Positions 40,147 to 46,914 of a DNA stretch of 55,751 nt are shown piece by piece. Below the pieces are notes generated by a model, which made no database searches, was not told where the DNA came from, and saw nothing but the letters and a program-made list of their open reading frames with translations. Source of the DNA: an uncultured Pseudomonadales bacterium (GTDB taxonomy: Bacteria > Patescibacteriota > Microgenomatia > UBA1400 > PJMF01); NCBI GenBank assembly GCA_964570365.1, contig CAZMXT010000002.1:1-55751 (forward strand), in the 5' to 3' direction. Position 1 is the first letter of the stretch. Each line of letters begins with the position of its first letter. The position numbers were made by a program, and so were the translations under genes.

Positions 40147-41019
40147 ATGAAACACCTTTCCAGCGCTCTCACCGCCATTCGTCGTTCACCCTACCAGGCC
40201 TTGTCGGCAGTGCTGTTGGTGTCAATTACTTTTTTTGTCGCCTACACCTGTTCCATTTTCTTCTTTGGAACCGAGCAAGTCCTTCGTTACTTTGAGACCA
40301 GACCACAGATCACCGCTTTTTTCCAGCTCGATGCAGATGCAGTTACCCTCCAACAAGTAGAGAAGACCATGAAAGAAAAACCCTATGTTGATCGAGTAAC
40401 GATGACCAGCAAGGAACAAGCGTTGCAGATCTATCGTGAAGATAATAAAAAAGATCCACTCCTGCTCGAACTGGTCACTGCTGATATCTTGCCCGCTAGT
40501 ATTGAAGTATCCAGTAAAGATGTTGGTTCATTGGTCAAAATCAAGGAAGACCTAGAGAAATCTGCCGGTATAGAGGAAGTGGTTTTTCAACAAGATGTGG
40601 TAGACACCCTAGAATCTTGGACCAACTCCATTCGCTATATCGGGGTAGCAAGTGTTGCCATTCTGGCATTCACCTCCCTGCTGCTGATTATTATCATCAC
40701 TGGTTTGAAAGTAGTCAACAGACGCCGCGCTATCCAAATTATGCGGATCTTGGGTGCCAGCAAATGGTATGTCAAAGCGCCGTTTATCTATGAAGGAATG
40801 CTCTATGGCCTATTTGGTTCCTTTTTAGGGTGGTCAATGATGTATGTGGGCGTTTTATATTTGACTCCTTGGCTCAAAAACTTCTTAGGAGAAGTCCCCT
40901 TATTTCCTTTAGCTTGGAGTTTCTTTGCCGCCCAGCTTGGCACGGGCTCACTAGTAGGGATTCTGTTGGGCGCGTTTGCCAGCTCAATTGCCACCCAACG
41001 AATCATGAGACACAGTTAG
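40147..41019 (+). CDS. ftsX: Cell division permease FtsX
   Basis: TM1, large extracellular loop, IMRILGAS...PFIYEG, three further TMs. Confidence 0.92.
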   Translation: MKHLSSALTAIRRSPYQALSAVLLVSITFFVAYTCSIFFFGTEQVLRYFETRPQITAFFQLDADAVTLQQVEKTMKEKPYVDRVTMTSKEQALQIYREDNKKDPLLLELVTADILPASIEVSSKDVGSLVKIKEDLEKSAGIEEVVFQQDVVDTLESWTNSIRYIGVASVAILAFTSLLLIIIITGLKVVNRRRAIQIMRILGASKWYVKAPFIYEGMLYGLFGSFLGWSMMYVGVLYLTPWLKNFLGEVPLFPLAWSFFAAQLGTGSLVGILLGAFASSIATQRIMRHS

Positions 41020-41045
41020 ACCACAGCTTGAAAACGGACCTCTGT

Positions 41046-42257
41046 ATGCGTATACGACCTCAGTTTTCTTTCATCATTTTCAGTATCTTAATACTTGGTT
41101 TGCTTTGGTTATTACCTGTCTCAGAGCCAGTGTACTCGGCGGAAGAATGCGCCTGTCCTGAAGGCCAAGAAGAACTGGATTGCAATAAATTCAAACAAGC
41201 CTGCTGGGGTGGAAAGATTGGCCAAAAAAAAGAAGAAGCCACCACGCTTGCCAGCTTGATTAGTGTCCTCAATGGCCAGATTAAGGTCCAAGAGCTACAA
41301 ATCAATCAAACCAAGCTGGAAATTGCGAAGCTGGTCAAGGAAGTCGACCAACTCAGTGAACGCATCTCCGGCCTGGACATCTCACTCGATCGGATGACTG
41401 GAGTGTTGATTCAGCGCGTCGGCACCAACTACAAACGGCGCCTGACTAATCCGCTCAATGTCTTGCTTATTGCAGACTCGATGCAGAGCTTTTTTAGTAG
41501 ATATAAGTACCTGCAAGTCGCCCAAAAACACACTACTGAGCTGATGAGCCGGGCGGAAACGCAGAAAATAGACTTTGACCAGCAAAAAGCTCTGAAGGAA
41601 AAGAAACAAGCAGAAGTTGACCGCAAGAAACTCGCTCTGCAGACACAGCAAGAAGAAATTACTCGACAGCGAGCAGATCAGCAAACTTTGCTCCAGCAAA
41701 CTCGCAACGATGAAGCCCGCTACCAACAAGAACTCGCCAAGACCTTAGCCGAGTTGAACGCCATTCAGTCCATCGTCGCTGGGGGCGGTGACGAAGAAAA
41801 GCTGAAAGATGTTGCCCAAGGTGACACGATTGCCAGCATTATCAATGGCGCTTCGACTTGCTCAACTGGCACCCACCTGCACTTCGAGGTGGTGAAAGGT
41901 GGTAGCCACCAAAACCCAGCAGGCTATCTTAAACCGATCTCGGCAGTCTGGAATAACTCCCCAGATGGAGAGTTTGGCTTTGGCGGAGACTGGGACTGGC
42001 CAGTGGATAATGCAGCCAAGATCAATCAAGGCTTTGGGATGACCTGGTACGCAAGGGTCAGGCGCTCATACGGGGGCGCTCCTCACACGGGCATTGATAT
42101 GATGAGTAAAACGGCTGGCGACTTCCGAGTCAAGGCAGTCAAATCTGGTGAACTATACAGAGGCAGCATCAAGTGCGGCAAGGGCTTCCTGAGGTATGTC
42201 AAAGTAGCCCACAAGGACAGTGACCTCAGCAGTTATTACTTACATGTGAATTATTAA
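41046..42257 (+). CDS. Coiled-coil (EnvC/PcsB-like) protein with circularly permuted M23 peptidase domain
   Basis: Signal peptide, long coiled coil, STGTHLHFEV before HTGID and YYLH; start placed at ATG 41046. Confidence 0.82.
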   Translation: MRIRPQFSFIIFSILILGLLWLLPVSEPVYSAEECACPEGQEELDCNKFKQACWGGKIGQKKEEATTLASLISVLNGQIKVQELQINQTKLEIAKLVKEVDQLSERISGLDISLDRMTGVLIQRVGTNYKRRLTNPLNVLLIADSMQSFFSRYKYLQVAQKHTTELMSRAETQKIDFDQQKALKEKKQAEVDRKKLALQTQQEEITRQRADQQTLLQQTRNDEARYQQELAKTLAELNAIQSIVAGGGDEEKLKDVAQGDTIASIINGASTCSTGTHLHFEVVKGGSHQNPAGYLKPISAVWNNSPDGEFGFGGDWDWPVDNAAKINQGFGMTWYARVRRSYGGAPHTGIDMMSKTAGDFRVKAVKSGELYRGSIKCGKGFLRYVKVAHKDSDLSSYYLHVNY

Positions 42258-42341
42258 ACACCTCTTTCCTTACATAATCCGTAGGAAAAACTCATTTGCT
42301 AGACCCCTCGGGTTCTTAATACCCAAACATCCCTATAACTA

Positions 42342-42370
42342 TTGACAAAGTGACGTCCGTATAATATATT
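42342..42370 (+). promoter_or_regulatory. Sigma70 promoter
   Basis: TTGACA-17 nt-TATATT, with an overlapping TATAAT. Confidence 0.6.
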
Positions 42371-42442
42371 ACACAGCAACTATAAGAATATCTTTGTTGA
42401 TCAAACATTACCTAAATCAAATTATAGAAGGTGAAGGAACAT

Positions 42443-42787
42443 ATGAAGACATTTGGAAAATACATCGCTGCTCTCTTATTAAGCGTCCTTGTATTCACGT
42501 CGTTTACAACCGTTGCTGGAGCAGATACTACTGGCCAGAAACAGGAAATAAACCAAAACGTAAAAGTGAACTGTAGCGTCGGCTCATACGGTCAAAGTAC
42601 CGAATGTACAGCTGAAGGCACACAGAATGCAAAACAAGAGTTCATTACTCGCGCTGACGGCATAAAAATCCGTAAGCACAAAGTAGCTGCAACTAGTATG
42701 AACCAGACTGTTCTCATGGCAGTTGCTGTCACAGCAATCGGCACAATGGGACTTGGACTCGTTAGCTTAAAAAAGAGAAGCATTTAA
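42443..42787 (+). CDS. Small secreted protein with C-terminal membrane anchor
   Basis: Signal peptide, Cys pair (CSVGSYGQSTEC), C-terminal TM plus KKR; AAGGA RBS. Confidence 0.75.
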   Translation: MKTFGKYIAALLLSVLVFTSFTTVAGADTTGQKQEINQNVKVNCSVGSYGQSTECTAEGTQNAKQEFITRADGIKIRKHKVAATSMNQTVLMAVAVTAIGTMGLGLVSLKKRSI

Positions 42788-42809
42788 TTCTTCTTAAATA
42801 AGAACTTCG

Positions 42810-42836
42810 AAACCCCTCTACAAAGAGGGGTTTTTG
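42810..42836 (+). terminator. Intrinsic terminator
   Basis: AAACCCCTCT-ACAA-AGAGGGGTTTTTT. Confidence 0.85.
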
Positions 42837-42891
42837 TGGCGTGTCGGAGGTGAAGAGGAAATTTTAGATGTTTTTTCACGCGGATTTTAGG

Positions 42892-42929
42892 CAACAAAAA
42901 ACCACCCCTTTCAGGATGGTCTTTTGTTG
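42892..42929. terminator. Bidirectional terminator-like hairpin downstream of the tmRNA-like element
   Basis: CAACAAAAAACCA...TGGTCTTTTGTTG inverted repeat with A/T tails. Confidence 0.65.
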
Positions 42930-43020
42930 AAGCACTACGAGTGCTGAGCCCTAAGTCTACGCTAAAGACAGTCTGTGCCAGTACCCCTCGTTTTCAATAA
43001 GCAACTTATATTCTCGAGTG

Positions 43021-43088
43021 TGGAGATGAGGGGAATTAAACCCCCGTCCCGAGTTTCGTAGATCTGGGTCTGCTCCAGCAGCATCCCT
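43021..43088 (-). ncRNA. tmRNA tRNA-like-domain-only element (or ssrA/att remnant)
   Basis: Minus strand reads AGGGATG-CTGCTGGAGCAGAC-CCAGATCTACGAAACTCGG-GAC-GGGGGTTTAATTCCCCT-CATCTCC-A: acceptor stem with G3-U70, T-arm, no mRNA-like domain. Confidence 0.6.
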
Positions 43089-43149
43089 ACACTACCCACG
43101 AGCGTACAACATAATTCTTGCAAAGAGGTGACATTGTTGCAGAGAGGTA

Positions 43150-43500
43150 TTAACGCGCCACACGTTTTGCAGCAAACCAAACCTACTAAGGACCAATCGT
43201 GTTTGCGGGAGCGATCAACACATTTGTTGTGTTTTTGCATAATGTCCTTTGATTTTTGTGTTCTTTCATAGTCACGATGCAAGCGTGAAAACCGTCGTAC
43301 ATTTTGCCATCATAGCGAACCTTTCCTGCGAACCGAACATCTGTCAGCATTCGATGAATGGCATTGGCTCTGACACGATTGCCTATAGGTGTGCGGAAGC
43401 CTTCGGCAAATAGTTCCTCTTCAAGTCGATAGATGGAATAGCACTCAGCGCCTATGTGGTAGAGGTGATAGGTTTCTCGAATGAGAAACTTACGTTCTGT
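43150..43500 (-). pseudogene. Decayed large serine recombinase (recombinase and zinc-ribbon fragments)
   Basis: GFRT...IHRMLTDVRFAGKVRYDGKMYDGFHACIV, a frameshift near 43255, then RSRKHDWSLVGLVCCKTCG; no catalytic N-terminal domain. Confidence 0.8.
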
Positions 43501-43570
43501 ATCAGTAGCTGTCAAGCAAGCTGTTTGATCTGTGAAAAGGAAAGACGCTTCATACCTTCGTTTACTCACC

Positions 43571-45193
43571 TTACTCAGTATACCCAAGTTTAGTGGCGGA
43601 TCGGTAGCCAAAGCGACGAGACTTCATCAAAAAGAAAGTCTCTTTGACTGCACCATAAATGACGTCCCAACGCGCGCCTGTTTGGGCGCCGTAGTGACGA
43701 GGATAGTGGGTTACACCAACCTGATCGTACACGTAATCGTGATCAATTACCTTCAACAATAGTTCGGTTGAGACCATTGCGCCGCGACTTTCTAGCGGCA
43801 TCAAGTCATCAACTACACTACGGTGGATCAATTTGAATGCACAGTCAATGTCTCGAATGGTAGATGGAAACTGGAAGAAGACGGCGTTCCAGATCTTTAG
43901 CATTTTTGCCAAAAGCAAACGCGACCACTTATCAGCACGTTTGATTCGATAGCCTATGACGGCTAAGTTTTCAGAAGTGAGAGGAACAAATTTGGTAAGT
44001 TCACCAAGATCAAACTGAAGGTCACCATCGGCAAAAAAGATCCATTCATGTTTTGCGGCGCTAAAACCAGTCTGAAGTGCACCGCCGTACCCTAAGTTTA
44101 CTTGATCAATAACGACGATGTGTTTATCTTTTTTGGCGAGTTGATGGGCAATGACAGAAGTCTTATCTTTACTCCCGTCGTTGACCACGATGATCTCGTA
44201 CTTCTCAGCGAGTTGAGGAACAACCTTTTGTGCTTGGGAAATCACCCGGGCAATATTTTCCTCTTCGTTATGCATTGGGAAGAAGACAGAGAGTGAGCGC
44301 AAACGTTGCGGGGTATTGAGTTTATGTCCCGCGATAGCCTCCACCGAAAGTGAAACAGGAGCTGACCAACCGCGAAGCTTGGTGTAGAGCTTGTAGAGCA
44401 CTGATTCAGGCAAGGAAATCACTAATGTTGCTTGGGCAAGTGTAGACACCAAACCCTGAAGGTTCGGCTTGTACCCGTGCTTAAAGACTGCATTCCAACG
44501 CGCACGTGCAATCTGCCAAAAGTCTTTCTTTGGATGGCGAGACGAGATGTTTTTGCTATGCATGCGGTAACTGAGCAGCTTATCTGGCATGTTTGCAATT
44601 TGGCCGTGCTGTAACAAACGGAATAACAGCTCATGTTCTTCAGCTGTCGCTAAGCCGTCTTCATACCAGTGAAAACCTTTTGGTAACAACATCGTGTTGA
44701 CCATCATGGTTGGTTGTTGGACGCTGGCAAAAGAAAACAGCATTTTACTGACCTGTGAAGGTTTGGTAGGAAAACGTTTATGACCAATAACTTGGCCAAA
44801 CTCGTTAATGACATCACACTGACCACCGACAGCCACAATTTCTGGATGTTTCACCAGGTACTTGAGCTGCACAGCCAAGCGGGTAGGCGAAGCGATATCA
44901 TCACTGTCCATACGCGCAATAAAGTGACTTTGGGCAAGTTTAATCGCTTTATTGGCAGTGTAGGACACACCTCGATTTTTTTGATTTCGGATGGCTTTAA
45001 TGCGTGAGTCTTTTTTTGCGAAACGCTGCAAGATCTCCCAAGAACCATCTGTAGAGTGGTCGTCAATGACAATCAGCTCCCAGTTCTTGTGAGTTTGTTT
45101 TTGAATACTTTGAAGGGCAGCCGGCAAAAACGAAACCGTGTTGTAGACCGGCATGATGATGCTGATACTTTGGTTTTGTGTATGACTTTTCAT
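43571..45193 (-). CDS. Tandem GT2-GT2 glycosyltransferase fusion
   Basis: Domain 1 IIMPVYN/IDDHSTD/RMDSDD; domain 2 (DPM1-like) VFFPMHNEE/VNDGSKD/FADGDLQF. Confidence 0.9.
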   Translation of the reverse strand: MKSHTQNQSISIIMPVYNTVSFLPAALQSIQKQTHKNWELIVIDDHSTDGSWEILQRFAKKDSRIKAIRNQKNRGVSYTANKAIKLAQSHFIARMDSDDIASPTRLAVQLKYLVKHPEIVAVGGQCDVINEFGQVIGHKRFPTKPSQVSKMLFSFASVQQPTMMVNTMLLPKGFHWYEDGLATAEEHELLFRLLQHGQIANMPDKLLSYRMHSKNISSRHPKKDFWQIARARWNAVFKHGYKPNLQGLVSTLAQATLVISLPESVLYKLYTKLRGWSAPVSLSVEAIAGHKLNTPQRLRSLSVFFPMHNEEENIARVISQAQKVVPQLAEKYEIIVVNDGSKDKTSVIAHQLAKKDKHIVVIDQVNLGYGGALQTGFSAAKHEWIFFADGDLQFDLGELTKFVPLTSENLAVIGYRIKRADKWSRLLLAKMLKIWNAVFFQFPSTIRDIDCAFKLIHRSVVDDLMPLESRGAMVSTELLLKVIDHDYVYDQVGVTHYPRHYGAQTGARWDVIYGAVKETFFLMKSRRFGYRSATKLGYTE

Positions 45194-45246
45194 GAGCCTT
45201 CTTTTATGAAACCTCAATTACTTCTACAGTTCGAATGAAACGTGGA

Positions 45247-45486
45247 TTATTTGTTGTTTTTCTTAAGCTGGAGACACTTGTTATAGATGTCTTCGACAAC
45301 CATGATGGAGTTCGTGCCAGCTTTGTTGTCTTGGTAGACAAACTTGGAAACATTCATACAACCATCGACAGACTGGCTATACATGGCTTGTTTCTGGATA
45401 CTTAAGAATGATTGACCTAAGTACGCAGCCACAGCAACACTAGCCGCTAAGACAGCTACGAATAAGATGTTTGTTGATACCTTCAT
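45247..45486 (-). CDS. Small membrane-anchored/secreted protein with a Cys pair
   Basis: MKVSTN, hydrophobic helix, VDGC...YNKCL; AAGGA RBS. Confidence 0.7.
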   Translation of the reverse strand: MKVSTNILFVAVLAASVAVAAYLGQSFLSIQKQAMYSQSVDGCMNVSKFVYQDNKAGTNSIMVVEDIYNKCLQLKKNNK

Positions 45487-45640
45487 ATCTTCCTTTTTCT
45501 TTTTAATTAACACGCTGACGTTCACAAAGTCTCACGAGTGAGGCTCTCTGAACGTCAGGCATACAGGTTTTGTAGTTAGCCCGACGTTATCTTACTGGGG
45601 GACGGTTTTTGAGGCCGTCCCTATGCGGAGTGCGAGTGTG
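45472..45640 (-). ncRNA. Structured 3' trailer that pairs with the 46394-46723 leader
   Basis: Local hairpins at 45515-45558 and 45599-45621, plus segments complementary to the leader (45472-45492, 45506-45512, 45557-45568, 45569-45591). Confidence 0.75.
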
Positions 45641-46393
45641 CTAGCTGTCGAGCGAGCTCACAACGCGATTGATTCGTGCCTGCAAGATAGGGCGCACGGT
45701 GTCCGGGACTTCATCTTCCCAGTAGTTCACGACACCACCTCCTGCCCATCCCCACACGGGGGACTCGACCAGAAGGCAGTTGCCGTTATCGCACAGGTTG
45801 TTATCGGAAGCCCCGAGTCCGACGTGCCGCGAAAACACCGTGTCGCCCGGGGCGACCATCAAGGTGTGGTTTTCGCCGGTTGAACGACGAAATTCGGGCC
45901 ACGGGGTAAGGACGACCAAACGGGCGCTGTTGGGATCCTGACTGACAACCCAGACATGATCCAGCAGTTCGGTGTCGGTGAGGTCTTCACAGTCCTCCAT
46001 CGCCACCTGCTGCTTCGCCAGTTCCCATGACAGGACGGCGATTTCGTTCATGGCTTCAGTGACGGCGGGGTTGAGTTCCCACACGACGAAACCAAAGTCC
46101 TGACCCCCCGCGTTGCGGGCGTAGGTGTCAGGCAGAAGAACAGCCTGCTGGCAGCCGCCTGTCAAGGTGGCTTCGCCATCGGCGGTCTGAAAGCGGAGAG
46201 AATGACCCACCATCGTGGCGACTTCATTCTCGGACGTACCAACGCCGGGGCGGCTTAGACCCAGTTCAGGGCCATAGCTGCTATCGGACACGCGGCGGAC
46301 ACGCCATTCGGAATCTTCTTGCGCCATCGCGGGTGCGACGGCGGTCATGAAGATGCTCATGACCAGCAGAGCGAAAAACAGTTTGGTACGCAT
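45641..46393 (-). CDS. Secreted hypothetical protein, high-GC cargo ORF
   Basis: Sec signal ending AMA-Q, four Cys, acidic; AAGGAG RBS at 46402-46407; two sampled 60-nt lines gave 60% and 62% GC. Confidence 0.85.
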   Translation of the reverse strand: MRTKLFFALLVMSIFMTAVAPAMAQEDSEWRVRRVSDSSYGPELGLSRPGVGTSENEVATMVGHSLRFQTADGEATLTGGCQQAVLLPDTYARNAGGQDFGFVVWELNPAVTEAMNEIAVLSWELAKQQVAMEDCEDLTDTELLDHVWVVSQDPNSARLVVLTPWPEFRRSTGENHTLMVAPGDTVFSRHVGLGASDNNLCDNGNCLLVESPVWGWAGGGVVNYWEDEVPDTVRPILQARINRVVSSLDS

Positions 46394-46723
46394 CGATATT
46401 GCTCCTTAGTGAGACGGTTCGAATTTTGTTCGCAGTTTTCCCTTGCGGGTACTCTGCCAGCTCTAAACGCGTCCTCAGATGAGAGAGAACACGTTGAAAG
46501 CTGACAGAATTGCGAATTCGATCATCAGGAGACTATAAATTTATCTCTTTCGAGATACCTGTATGCCTTGTTAATGTGCTCTCTTGCCTTTCACCTTGCG
46601 GTAAAAAGCAAAAGCACTTGTGCTACCGGCAGAACTCTTTGGCCGTAATGGCTAGGAGTGCTGTATATCGGCAGCGAGGTAGATACCTAATACCCACTTC
46701 GCTAAAGACATCAAAATTCAACA
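46394..46723 (-). ncRNA. Highly structured leader of about 330 nt (unassigned RNA motif)
   Basis: GCAA-, GAAA- and GCAA-capped hairpins (46576-46617, 46542-46557, 46440-46449) and a 25-bp stem (46451-46510); G-U pairs work on the minus strand only. Confidence 0.85.
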
Positions 46724-46729
46724 GGTCAT

Positions 46730-46758
46730 ACTATATCAAAATACTGTCCATTTGTCAA
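46730..46758 (-). promoter_or_regulatory. Consensus sigma70 promoter driving the structured RNA/cargo unit
   Basis: TTGACA (46753-46758)-17 nt-TATAGT (46730-46735) with extended TG. Confidence 0.85.
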
Positions 46759-46914
46759 TGTTATAGGCTTATTAAGCCTAGTTGGTGGGTTTGGGGTACA
46801 TTCTATCTCAAAAAAGCAGCGATCTGCCAAGAAAATAGAGTGAGTGTATACTCTTGCTAAAGCTTTTCTGCATCACAAAATTCTGTCTAAGTTAGTTACA
46901 ATCGATCAAGCAGT

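Noticed and set aside
40830-41045. N-terminal extension of the M23 ORF in the track
   Set aside because: It overlaps ftsX by about 190 nt, and the signal peptide begins at ATG 41046.
42962-43611. Two intact minus-strand genes (106 aa and 141 aa)
   Set aside because: They are out-of-frame pieces of one decayed serine recombinase with non-homologous run-on ends.
45505-45581. Integron attC site (GGCTAAC...GTTAATT around a hairpin, between two co-oriented ORFs)
   Set aside because: The R boxes are poorly complementary and spaced very asymmetrically (about 15 versus 3 nt) from the inner stem. There is no second attC and no intI. The same bases are better explained by pairing with the leader.
45472-46723. 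Group I or II intron, or retron, as the identity of the structured unit
   Set aside because: I could not find a group II domain V or GUGYG start, or recognisable group I P7 elements. There is no interrupted host gene and no RT or homing endonuclease, and the unit has its own promoter. A cmscan is still needed to exclude divergent forms.
46510-46860. 116-aa plus-strand ORF
   Set aside because: TTG start, no recognisable protein features, and antisense to the structured leader and its promoter.
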